Translations under genes and position numbers: made by a program
Shown: positions 47,431-56,141 of the stretch, in pieces
Layout of the letters: every line of letters begins with the position of its first letter
Numbering within the stretch: position 1 is the stretch's first letter
Notes under the pieces: generated by a model
What the model saw: the letters and a program-made list of their open reading frames with translations, nothing else
What the model was told of the DNA's origin: nothing
Database searches by the model: none
NCBI GenBank assembly: GCA_002726495.1
Contig: PBTH01000062.1
Coordinates: 9,239-73,238, forward strand
Reading direction: 5' to 3'
Source of the DNA: Methanobacteriota archaeon
GTDB lineage: Archaea; Thermoplasmatota; Poseidoniia; Poseidoniales; Poseidoniaceae
Length of the DNA stretch: 64,000 bases

Positions 47431-48588
47431 ATGATTCAGAACGACGAAATTGCTAGCATCGTAGAGGAGTATGACCGACTCAAGTTGAGAATCGGAATGA
47501 CTGCATCGCACTCTGCATTGGATATTTGCGATGGAGCCATTGAAGAGGGGTTTCCTACCGTTGCATATTGTAAAGAAGGGCGCCATAAAACCTATGCGAA
47601 CTACTTCAAGACTCACAGGAGTTCTTCGGGAAGAGTTGTTCGTGGGATGGTTGACAAGGCCATTGTTCTTGATGACTTCAACGACGTCATGAAGCCAGAG
47701 ATGCAGGCTGAGATGCGTAAGAGAAACGTGATATACATCCCAAATCGCTCGTTTACATCCTACTCGAAAATATCAGATATTGAAGAAGACTTCAGAGTCC
47801 CTATGTTCGGTTCAAGAAACATGCTTCGGATGGAAGAGCGTACTGAAGAGCAGGATTACTATTGGATCTTGGAAAAGGCGGGACTTCCCTATCCTGAAGC
47901 CATCGCATCACCCGAGGACATTGATTGCTTGGTGATTGTCAAACTCCACCATGCTCAAAAGAAATTAGAGCGTGGATTTTTCACGTGCGCATCTCATCAA
48001 GAATATCAAGAGAAATCTGCGGCCCTGCTTGCAGAAGGAGTCATTGACCAAGAGTCTCTTGATGGCGCTCGCATTGAACGCTATGTCATTGGGCCTGTAT
48101 TCAATCTCAATTTCTTTTACAGCCCACTTGCTGAAGAGGGTGAGCGATTGGAACTGCTTGGAGTTGATTGGCGGTTTGAATCATCATTGGACGGCCATGT
48201 CCGGCTTCCTGCTCCTCAACAAATGACCATGCCATTGCATCAACAAATACCGGAGATGACCGTTGTAGGACACAATACTGCTACAATTCGTGAATCGTTA
48301 TTGGAGAAAGCATTCGAACTTGGCGAGAAATTCATTGAAGCCAGTAAGGAACATTACCATCCTGGAATTATCGGCCCATTCTGTCTCCAAACTTGCATTG
48401 ACAAGGATATGAATTACTACATTTATGATGTAGCCCCACGTTTAGGTGGAGGTACCAATGTCCATGTAAGCGTCGGCCATCCCTATGGGAATGCAACATG
48501 GAGGAAACCAATGTCAAGCGGACGACGTATTGCCATGGAATTACGAATGGCCGCGGAACAAGACCGTTTGTTGGAAGTCCTCACGTGA
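47431..48588 (+). CDS. purP: 5-formaminoimidazole-4-carboxamide ribonucleotide (FAICAR) synthetase, archaeal ATP-grasp PurP
   Basis: IGMTASHSALDICDGAIEEGFPTVAYC...IVLDDFNDV...VIYIPNRSF..Y...PMFGSRNMLRMEER matches the PurP N-terminal and ATP-grasp pattern. The start at 47431 is preceded by GGTGAG. Confidence 0.8.
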   Translation: MIQNDEIASIVEEYDRLKLRIGMTASHSALDICDGAIEEGFPTVAYCKEGRHKTYANYFKTHRSSSGRVVRGMVDKAIVLDDFNDVMKPEMQAEMRKRNVIYIPNRSFTSYSKISDIEEDFRVPMFGSRNMLRMEERTEEQDYYWILEKAGLPYPEAIASPEDIDCLVIVKLHHAQKKLERGFFTCASHQEYQEKSAALLAEGVIDQESLDGARIERYVIGPVFNLNFFYSPLAEEGERLELLGVDWRFESSLDGHVRLPAPQQMTMPLHQQIPEMTVVGHNTATIRESLLEKAFELGEKFIEASKEHYHPGIIGPFCLQTCIDKDMNYYIYDVAPRLGGGTNVHVSVGHPYGNATWRKPMSSGRRIAMELRMAAEQDRLLEVLT

Positions 48589-48594
48589 TGAGGC

Positions 48595-50421
48595 TTACTC
48601 CACATCGTAGAATACTTCGTTACGTAGGTCATACCAAGGTATGATCCCAATATCTGAGGACCCATCATAGTGTCCCGTAGTCTCAACAAAATAGAACATG
48701 GTATTGGATTTCGCACCATCTCCCATGTAACCGTCTCCTGAAAAGTTCTCTAGAGCTATAACGACCCAAGCGTGGCCGCCCCACTCTTCGTTTTCATCGG
48801 ATTTACTATCGCCAAGCATCAACGCTGCATCGTATCCCAAGTTCTCAACTAAACTGATGTAAAGGGCACTGGCATCTTCACAATCGCCACCTTCTTCCCA
48901 CAACATCTCTACAGGATATTTTGGATACTCTGTTTGATTTTGAGTGCTATCGAGGTCGTACAAGTAAGGGATATCTCCGACAAATGCATGAATGAAACGA
49001 GCAATGTCATGGCTTGAATTGTATCCATTTGCTTGAGCCATTGATTGCAATTCAATCGCTAACTGAGAAATGACTGGTTCGTTTGGAGTGGAGAAGGCAG
49101 CATATTGTGGAATAATATCGGAATAGGAATTTGCATTTGACCAATCTATTGCGTGATTCATTGTTCTATAGGATGCATATGTGCTATAATTAAGCGCCCA
49201 TGAAAGGCTGTAATACTGACCTTCAAAATCCCAGTAGTACTCTCGTATGTTCGTAAGGAGGTAGTCAAAAGGTTGGATGGAAAATTGTAGAATACCATCA
49301 TCCTTTTCTCCATCAGCCGAACCATCAGCTGTCATGGTAATGTTCTCCATCATCGTCATGCTATCGAATGTAAATTCAAAGGCTTCAATTCCTTCTGACG
49401 GATTGAGGTCGATATCATCGTCAGAAAACGGATCCGAATCATGAGCTGTGATTTGAATGAAATGGTAGCGAAGATTTTCTTCCAGATCGATGTGGTAATT
49501 TTGATTGAGAGTTACTTCGCCTCCAGTTTCAACTTCAACATACGAGGACATGTGGGATGGCATGCAACCGATTGAAATATTATTTACAGTCGTACAAAAG
49601 TAAATTTCACCTACGCTATCAAAGAAATCAACATCATCCAAAAGTGTGAATGATTCCAAACGAATGTAAATTGCTGAATCTCGGAAATCATTCAAATCTT
49701 GCATATCTGGAATACCATCATTATCATCATCATCATCACTGTTGTCGCCAATTCCATCGTTGTCAAAATCTTCCCATTCCAATGAGTTGCTTGGGAATAC
49801 ATCTGAATTGTCACCGTATCCATCTCCATCGCTATCAACCCACTCTGAAGCGTCATTTGGAAAGGGGTCTGCATTGTCTCCGGTTCCATCACCGTCTGAA
49901 TCTGCCCATTCCGTAGGGTCAAGTGGGTAAAGGTCCAGAAAGTCAACAACTCCATCATTGTCATCATCCAGGTCCTCACCTGAATCTTGACAGCCGTCAA
50001 CATCACGATCGGTGTCAAACGTACGCATCCAGTCAAGTTCGCCTCGCGAACAATCATCACTCACATCCGGTAAACCATCGTTATCATCGTCTTCATCCTC
50101 AGATGCATCTCGGCATCCATCACCATCATAATCGGTTTGCAATGATGATGTCCAGCCCTGTTCACCGTCGTAACATGAATCAATGAGATTGGAAACTCCA
50201 TCTCCATCAACATCGTTTTGGTCGGTGGATGTTTGTCTAAGAATGGCATACAAACCACCCATGACAATTGAAACAAACAGGATTCCAACAACCAAAATAA
50301 CCGGGAAGATGTTGCTCTTTGCAACCGTTTCCCGAATTTCTGAAACCTCATCAGAGATGTCTTCTGGCGCTGGATTTGGCCATATCATGCCCTCAAATTC
50401 AGCAAATTCATCATCCGACAT
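48595..50421 (-). CDS. membrane-anchored protein with thrombospondin type-3-like Ca-binding repeats and C-terminal transglutaminase-like cysteine-protease domain
   Basis: N-terminal TM (IFPVILVVGILFVSIVMGGLYAIL). DxDGDGxxD repeats (DVDGDGVSN, DYDGDGCRD, DSDGDGTGDN, DSDGDGYGDN, DNDGIGDN...). Transglutaminase-like core near the C-terminus with Cys in GGDCEDASALYISL and His in GGHAWVVI. Confidence 0.75.
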   Translation of the reverse strand: MSDDEFAEFEGMIWPNPAPEDISDEVSEIRETVAKSNIFPVILVVGILFVSIVMGGLYAILRQTSTDQNDVDGDGVSNLIDSCYDGEQGWTSSLQTDYDGDGCRDASEDEDDDNDGLPDVSDDCSRGELDWMRTFDTDRDVDGCQDSGEDLDDDNDGVVDFLDLYPLDPTEWADSDGDGTGDNADPFPNDASEWVDSDGDGYGDNSDVFPSNSLEWEDFDNDGIGDNSDDDDDNDGIPDMQDLNDFRDSAIYIRLESFTLLDDVDFFDSVGEIYFCTTVNNISIGCMPSHMSSYVEVETGGEVTLNQNYHIDLEENLRYHFIQITAHDSDPFSDDDIDLNPSEGIEAFEFTFDSMTMMENITMTADGSADGEKDDGILQFSIQPFDYLLTNIREYYWDFEGQYYSLSWALNYSTYASYRTMNHAIDWSNANSYSDIIPQYAAFSTPNEPVISQLAIELQSMAQANGYNSSHDIARFIHAFVGDIPYLYDLDSTQNQTEYPKYPVEMLWEEGGDCEDASALYISLVENLGYDAALMLGDSKSDENEEWGGHAWVVIALENFSGDGYMGDGAKSNTMFYFVETTGHYDGSSDIGIIPWYDLRNEVFYDVE

Positions 50422-50490
50422 ATTTACCAGTAATCCGAGGTAATGCGATCATGATTTAGAGTTGTTCCCTGCCCGCCAATCGCGATGATT

Positions 50491-51111
50491 TTACCAAAAG
50501 GTATTATTTTCATTTGATCCCTCGTCCTTAGGTATTGATTGAACACCCTCTGAGTCCAATGAATCCAGCGGAACCAATTGATTTTGAACATCCAAATTAA
50601 GAATCCTTTCAACATCATGGCCACGGTTATTGAACAGGAAACGATTGATTTTTGAAGCAATAACCTCAAGTCGTCGGCGTCCAAAGATTGAAACGAATTC
50701 GAATGGTTCTCCCGTCTTGAACACAAGTTTGAGTTCCTCAACGGTATGAACTTGTCCACTTTCGCTGTCAACATACTCCCTGGTTATGAATTTCGCAGCT
50801 CGCATCTCAGACACACGTCCCGCTTCTACCCAAGACAAGGACAACAGCAAAAACGTCTGATGATACCTAAAGAGGTCCGTTTTCGCGTTAAAGTGATATG
50901 TCTTACCAGTGCTTAGGATTGTTATGAGAAAAAATAGAACTCCAATAAGTTGTGTTTGAAAGGCTTCAAAGGGGTGCGAAAAGGCAAACATTACAAACAA
51001 AAAACTGAATGCGAAACCGGATAATGTTTTTCGCGTGGTATCCCAAACAAAACCAAGATACAATTCATCTGAACCCGCAGCATCCACCACATCTTCGACG
51101 GGAACGGTCAT
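50491..51111 (-). CDS. hypothetical membrane protein with possible bacterial-PH (DUF304-like) domain
   Basis: Two TM helices (LSGFAFSFLFVMFAF; LIGVLFFLITIL) followed by an approximately 110 aa soluble domain. This topology is typical of membrane-flanked PH-like proteins. Confidence 0.45.
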   Translation of the reverse strand: MTVPVEDVVDAAGSDELYLGFVWDTTRKTLSGFAFSFLFVMFAFSHPFEAFQTQLIGVLFFLITILSTGKTYHFNAKTDLFRYHQTFLLLSLSWVEAGRVSEMRAAKFITREYVDSESGQVHTVEELKLVFKTGEPFEFVSIFGRRRLEVIASKINRFLFNNRGHDVERILNLDVQNQLVPLDSLDSEGVQSIPKDEGSNENNTFW

Positions 51112-51120
51112 GAAATTCCC

Positions 51121-54100
51121 TCACGATTGGAAGGGAAGCCATTCTTGAGAAGCAGCATCAAAGTACGAAAGATTGCCTTCGGCATCACGGGACCAATGTA
51201 CACCGTTCTCTTCCCATTGTTCTACATTTGATTCAATGGAAGGGAGGGCTTTGTCTTCGCTTGCTGCATATTGCTCGGATGCAGCATCGGTCGTCACGTT
51301 GGAATCGAACATTGTGCTTGTATCGTCCGGTTTACGCATGAACATGAAGCCAGCGCCACCTGCAAGAGCGAGTACCAAGAGTGTGATGATTCCATAGAGC
51401 ATTCCGTTGCCGGAATCTGCGACCTCGGTAACCGAGCGAGTTGCATCTTCAGGGTAAGCATCCAGACGGTCTGCAACACCGTCTCCATCGGTATCCAGAG
51501 ATTCGTTAGCATTGAATTTGAAATCGTCCTCTGCGTCACTTACTCCATCACCATCAGAATCCAACTGCAGTAATGCACAGCCATTGGCATCAATGAGTTC
51601 GCCTGCGGGGGTGTTCGGGCAATTGTCAAGATGGTTTTTGATACCGTCTTCATCATCGTCTTTTTGTTGCTCAGCACACCCGTCAAGGTCCACTGGTTGC
51701 GTGATTGGTGTGTCGGGGCATTGGTCCACATTGTTCATGATATCATCCAAATCTTCGTCCTTTTGAGAGTCAGAACAACCATCGCTATCCGGTTGTTCAC
51801 CCGCAGGGGTAACCGGACATACATCACTGGCATCAGAAATTCCGTCATTATCAGCGTCCAACTGGTTGGTTGCGCAACCAAGGAGGTTGACACTCAATCC
51901 ATTTCCAGTACCCGGGCAATTATCAACATCATCAGCAACTGTATCTCCATCCGTATCCTTCTGAGATGGGGCGCAGCCTTGAGCATCTGCAACCTCATTG
52001 GTTGGAGTTGAATCACAAATATCGCTTGCGTCAACAACGTTGTCTCCATCGGTATCTCTCTCATTTGCAGCACAGCCAACGCCGTTAACCGGCAAACCTG
52101 CGGTGGTGGTTGGGCAAAGATCTCTGTCGTCGGTAATGTCGTCGTCATCGGTATCGAGTTGACTGAGGGCGCATCCTGCTGCATCAACGGTTAGCCCAAG
52201 AGGCGTATTTGGACATGCATCAAATGCATTCATGACCATGTCGCTATCGCTGTCCTCTTGACTTGAGGAGCAACCTACATTGTCAACTTGTTCTCCAGCT
52301 GGCGTTCCTGGGCAAGCATCACTTGCGTCGTTAACTCCATCCATATCGCCATCGAGTTGAGATGCAGCACAGCCGTTTGAATCAACAGATTGGCCGGCTG
52401 GTGTACCGAGACATTGGTCCCCGTTGACACCACTGGCATTGTCGCCGTATCCGTCATTATCTTGGTCGGCCCACTGAGTCGGGTCATTCGGGAACGCATC
52501 GCCATTCAAACCGGCTGCATTATCACCGTAACTATCGCCATCCGAATCACTCCATTGGGTTGAGTCCAATGGGAAGGCGTCGGGGTTGTTACCTGCTTGA
52601 TTGTCACCAAATCCATCTCCATCTTCATCAAACCATTGCGTGTTATCACTTGGGAATTGATCTCCATTGTTTCCATTTGGATTGTCACCGTAGCCATCAC
52701 CATCTGCGTCTTCCCACTGAGTTGAGTCGCTTGGGAAAGCGTCGGGTGTTGTTCCTGATGGATTATCACCATAACCATCACCATCTGCATCGGACCATTG
52801 TGTAGAATCACTTGGGAAAGCGTCGCCGTTAGTCCCCGAGGGGTTGTCGCCATACCCGTCTCCATCGGAGTCTTCCCATTGGGTTGAATCCGCTGGCCAT
52901 GCATCGGGGTAGTTACCTGTGGCATTGTCCCCATAACCATCACCGTCTGAGTCTGACCATTGGGTTGAATCGGTAGGGAATGCATCAGGATAGTTGCCCG
53001 TTGCGTTATCTCCATATCCATCACCGTCTACATCGGACCATTGAGTTGAGTCGTTAGGGAAAGCATCAGGGGAGTTTCCACTTGCATTGTCCCCATACCC
53101 GTCTCCATCCATGTCTGAATACTGAGTGGAATCATAGGGGAATGCGTCGATGTTGTCGTTGTATCCATCGTTATCACTGTCTTTTTGATCCAATGCACAG
53201 CCGGACAAGTCAACCGTTGCTCCGGGGGTTGTATTGGGACACAGGTCCAATTCATTCGCAACACCATCGCCGTCATCGTCGATGGAAAGAACGAAACAAT
53301 CTGAATCTCCGATGAGTTGAACATTCACGGCCGAGTAGAGGTCAGCAAAGACACAGTAGGTACCTGATGAGGATGGTGTGGTGTAATTGAAGTAGGGCAA
53401 GGACATGTTTTGTGCAGTAGCAGTTACAGAAGTTAACGTTGAAAGCGCTATGTTCGCGCCCGATGAATCCTCAACCCGATATTGATATTTGTAACTGTCA
53501 CCTGTTACCAAATCTAAGCCTTCAGCCCTAACGTTATTGGTTGAAGCAGTGGAACTTGCAGAATAGGAATTGATCACCAATGCTGGCAGCTGAGGGATGA
53601 ATTCAACAAAATGGTCACCGGTGATATTGTCACTGGTGTCAATGTTAACTACAGAATTATTGAGAGAGAGTTCAACATAGAACATGTGGTCATTCATGGT
53701 CGTTGGTCCAGCCCAAGTGATTTGATGGCTTATCGATGAATTAACTGGAGTAAAGGTCCAAGTGTCTGAATCGATCATTGAAGCGTTGATGGCTGTGTTT
53801 GTATCGTTTGAGACAGTGAAATTATTAAACAACTCTTGATAATCCAAGGTAATCCAACGCAATGAATAATCTGTTCCTATGGAAAGATTGGTCAAGAAAA
53901 TATCACCAGTTGTTGAGGATGTCGCTGATGCTTCAACCATCTCAAGGTACACTTCACCCATGCCGCTATTCAAGGCCATTCCTGAAGCATCGCTTAGGGT
54001 TGATGAAACCATGAGGTCGGATTCGGCCAATGTCGTTTGAATTGAAATGTTCACCGAATGTGTGGTATTGGTTGCGTTGAATGTACCGTTTGAGGAGGCA

Positions 54101-55185
54101 GCCCAAACTTCACCATCGTCAAGATACATTTGACCGTAGGATGAATTGTAAGAATAATTTGTTCCAACGGTAAGACCTGAGAATGTAAGCATTGCAGAGG
54201 TTCTATTGGTGATGCTAACCTCCACTAGTTCCATACTTTGACCGCCACCAGGATTGTCGGTTGTGATTTCAATATCATAGATGTTCGTCGCAGAAGACCA
54301 TCCGTAAACATCAAGATACGTAGTTTGATTAGAAGAAGCAGTTACCTGCATCGATTCAACATTCGAAGTCCCACCAGAACTCGATAGATAACTTCCAGAA
54401 GCCGAATCCCATCCAGTGTCAATGTCACCACCGACATGGTTGAAGGTGATGTTGGCGTAGTAAGTGACGCCGCTGATCATGTCAATTTGGAAGTAATCAA
54501 CATCGGTTGATGAGTCAATGGAAAGTCCAGTACATGTCAAGGGTAGAAGTGAAGCTTGCGAGGCAGTTGCCGTCGTATCATTCGGTTCAAGAATATCAGA
54601 AGCGAGCGTGTTGTTTCCAGAGCAGTTTGTCACTGATGAGCCGTTACCACCGCCACCAGTACCACTACTAACGGTGAATTTGTTTAACGTTAGATTCCAA
54701 CTGCCCACTCCAGCATAACGTGAGATCTCGATGTAAACCATTCCTCCATGGGCGCTGGTCGTATTTGTGGTCAATGTTTCGGGATTGTTTGCGTAGGAGT
54801 CATCGAGGTAGGTGAGATTGGCATCATAAAACAAGAGGTCAAAGTCGTTGAGAACCGTAGTCCCGTTTGCAAAAGTCGTGGACGATGGGAAGGAAAGCGA
54901 AGCATACAGGCCTTGATTGGCGGTTAACGCTACTCTGAGATAATCGGAATCATCACCGTAATCGAGTTCTCCGTTGCCATTGTAGGTCCCTGAAAAGATG
55001 TAATTGGTGATATTAACCGTCGTGTTATCGGGTAGATCTCCGCCAGAACCGAGGTCATTTTGGTTAACACCCACGGCAGAAACACCGGGAGTCGTTAGAG
55101 ATAGGAGTGAAGTAATCATCAACATTAGGGCTACCGAAATAGACCTTGCGGGCTGATTGCTCTTCGGATTAGGACGTTGCGCCAT
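51121..55185 (-). CDS. giant surface protein with massive thrombospondin type-3/OmpA-like Ca-binding repeat arrays, signal peptide, C-terminal TM anchor and W-rich cytoplasmic tail
   Basis: 1354 aa. Signal (ISVALMLMITSLLSLTTPGVSA), about 650 aa of Ser/Thr/Asn-rich beta domains, nine near-identical 23-aa repeats (DAFPxDSTQWSDxDGDGYGDNxxGxxP), then about ten DxCPxTPxGxxVDxxGCAxSQxDxDxDG repeats. TM (MLYGIITLLVLALAGGAGFMFM). Tail ...VEQWEENGVHWSRDAEGNLSYFDAASQEWLPFQS. Confidence 0.85.
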   Translation of the reverse strand: MAQRPNPKSNQPARSISVALMLMITSLLSLTTPGVSAVGVNQNDLGSGGDLPDNTTVNITNYIFSGTYNGNGELDYGDDSDYLRVALTANQGLYASLSFPSSTTFANGTTVLNDFDLLFYDANLTYLDDSYANNPETLTTNTTSAHGGMVYIEISRYAGVGSWNLTLNKFTVSSGTGGGGNGSSVTNCSGNNTLASDILEPNDTTATASQASLLPLTCTGLSIDSSTDVDYFQIDMISGVTYYANITFNHVGGDIDTGWDSASGSYLSSSGGTSNVESMQVTASSNQTTYLDVYGWSSATNIYDIEITTDNPGGGQSMELVEVSITNRTSAMLTFSGLTVGTNYSYNSSYGQMYLDDGEVWAASSNGTFNATNTTHSVNISIQTTLAESDLMVSSTLSDASGMALNSGMGEVYLEMVEASATSSTTGDIFLTNLSIGTDYSLRWITLDYQELFNNFTVSNDTNTAINASMIDSDTWTFTPVNSSISHQITWAGPTTMNDHMFYVELSLNNSVVNIDTSDNITGDHFVEFIPQLPALVINSYSASSTASTNNVRAEGLDLVTGDSYKYQYRVEDSSGANIALSTLTSVTATAQNMSLPYFNYTTPSSSGTYCVFADLYSAVNVQLIGDSDCFVLSIDDDGDGVANELDLCPNTTPGATVDLSGCALDQKDSDNDGYNDNIDAFPYDSTQYSDMDGDGYGDNASGNSPDAFPNDSTQWSDVDGDGYGDNATGNYPDAFPTDSTQWSDSDGDGYGDNATGNYPDAWPADSTQWEDSDGDGYGDNPSGTNGDAFPSDSTQWSDADGDGYGDNPSGTTPDAFPSDSTQWEDADGDGYGDNPNGNNGDQFPSDNTQWFDEDGDGFGDNQAGNNPDAFPLDSTQWSDSDGDSYGDNAAGLNGDAFPNDPTQWADQDNDGYGDNASGVNGDQCLGTPAGQSVDSNGCAASQLDGDMDGVNDASDACPGTPAGEQVDNVGCSSSQEDSDSDMVMNAFDACPNTPLGLTVDAAGCALSQLDTDDDDITDDRDLCPTTTAGLPVNGVGCAANERDTDGDNVVDASDICDSTPTNEVADAQGCAPSQKDTDGDTVADDVDNCPGTGNGLSVNLLGCATNQLDADNDGISDASDVCPVTPAGEQPDSDGCSDSQKDEDLDDIMNNVDQCPDTPITQPVDLDGCAEQQKDDDEDGIKNHLDNCPNTPAGELIDANGCALLQLDSDGDGVSDAEDDFKFNANESLDTDGDGVADRLDAYPEDATRSVTEVADSGNGMLYGIITLLVLALAGGAGFMFMRKPDDTSTMFDSNVTTDAASEQYAASEDKALPSIESNVEQWEENGVHWSRDAEGNLSYFDAASQEWLPFQS
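52440..53150 (-). repeat. about nine tandem 69-bp in-frame coding repeats (TSP3-like Ca-binding units) inside the giant protein gene
   Basis: Repeated DNA blocks, e.g. ...ccattgggttgaatc...ccatcaccgtc...gcatcagg..., encode the reiterated DAFPxDSTQWSDxDGDGYGDN unit. The boundaries are approximate. Confidence 0.7.
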
Positions 55186-55233
55186 GACCTACCTACATGT
55201 GCAGGGTTTATCAGCCTCACCACTGCATTGCGA

Positions 55234-55500
55234 TTAAATTGCAGTTGGAGCAACATGACCGTCTTTCTTGTCATCGGGCTTACGTACTCGGGACCAGACG
55301 CCTCCCATGAGTTTTTCATGGCAGCCGGCACAATAATGGAAACGGCGATAGGCCTCTCGGAACGAGTAGGCTTTCTTACCAGTAGCAACCAAGTAACCTT
55401 CTGGAGACAAGCGTGAGACTACTGTACCACCCTCTCCACACCCAGGCAAGTCGCAAACCGGTTCATTCGTCATGTTAGAGACTCCACTTTTATGATTCAT
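55234..55500 (-). CDS. small Cys/His zinc-finger-like protein, hypothetical
   Basis: CDLPGCGEGG...(about 35 aa)...HYCAGCHEKL. Last gene of the carboxylase operon. Start uncertain: candidates at 55542, 55500 and 55473, the last preceded by GGAG. Confidence 0.4.
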   Translation of the reverse strand: MNHKSGVSNMTNEPVCDLPGCGEGGTVVSRLSPEGYLVATGKKAYSFREAYRRFHYCAGCHEKLMGGVWSRVRKPDDKKDGHVAPTAI

Positions 55501-55528
55501 TAACTCTTGCCTTGGACCAACAAAATTT

Positions 55529-55939
55529 TCAATCTTCTTCATCCGGTTCTTGAACCGGTTCGATGACGACCAAGGGGACGTTTGCTTCAATGGCCTCACC
55601 TTCATCGCAATGAACAGAAATCACAGTCCCGGAAACAGGTGCTTGTATCTCATTTTGCATCTTCATGGCTTCAAGTATCAAAATGACTTGACCTTCTGAA
55701 ACCTCGTCTCCTTCCGAAACTTCTACCGTGACAACCTTGCCTGGTATATTGGCTGAAACTGTTCCAGATTTTTTCTTCTTTCCGCCACCTGAGCGACGTT
55801 GTTTTGGAGCAGGGGGGGCATCAGGCATTTCAATTTCGAAGGTCTTCCCTTCAACGGTAGCCTTCCAAGATGTACCCTCTCCTTCAAGTTCAACTTCATA
55901 TTCCGTACCATTGACGATAATTTTTCGTGTTTCAGACAT
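55529..55939 (-). CDS. biotin carboxyl carrier protein (biotinyl domain)
   Basis: Biotinylation motif EAMKMQNEI within a hammerhead lipoyl/biotinyl fold pattern (GKVVTVEVSEGDEVSEGQVILILEAMKM...VSGTV). Pro/Ala/Lys-rich linker. Confidence 0.85.
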   Translation of the reverse strand: MSETRKIIVNGTEYEVELEGEGTSWKATVEGKTFEIEMPDAPPAPKQRRSGGGKKKKSGTVSANIPGKVVTVEVSEGDEVSEGQVILILEAMKMQNEIQAPVSGTVISVHCDEGEAIEANVPLVVIEPVQEPDEED

Positions 55940-55943
55940 ACAA

Positions 55944-56135
55944 TTACCTCCATGGTGAACGTTGACTTCGGGCGTGCATCAATGAAGAGCGGCCTGTAAC
56001 CATTCGCCGATGGTCCTGGGACCATGCTTTTCCAAGGTGACGAGCGACCTCCGCAGGATCTTCACCCTGCTGTTGAGTGACGGCCAAGACCGCAGCAATG
56101 GCTGCCATTCGTAATTCATCTTCCTTTGTCATCAA
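55944..56135 (-). CDS. acyl-CoA carboxylase epsilon-subunit-like small protein
   Basis: 63 aa, EDELRMAAIAAVLAV...W pattern typical of AccE/PccE. Sits between the CT-beta and BCCP genes. Confidence 0.45.
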   Translation of the reverse strand: MMTKEDELRMAAIAAVLAVTQQQGEDPAEVARHLGKAWSQDHRRMVTGRSSLMHARSQRSPWR

Positions 56136-56141
56136 AAAACC

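Noticed and set aside
49692-50060. His-rich antisense ORFs (MMIVREANL...HHHHH-type) and the other antisense ORFs inside the TSP3-repeat genes (49650..50443, 52506..53024, 53028..53324)
   Set aside because: They are artefacts of reading GAT/GGT-rich Asp/Gly repeat codons on the opposite strand. They are fully contained within strongly supported long genes.
52440-53150. Possibility that the regular 69-bp DNA repeats are a CRISPR array or satellite
   Set aside because: The repeats are in-frame and contiguous without unique spacers, and they encode a conserved Ca-binding peptide unit within a 1354-aa ORF. They are not CRISPR.
55300-55330. CxxCH motif (YCAGCHEK) in the small protein 55234..55500, a possible c-type cytochrome
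   Set aside because: It is a single motif in a cytoplasmic-looking 80-aa protein with no signal peptide, together with a CxxxxC pair upstream. A zinc-finger reading is more parsimonious.
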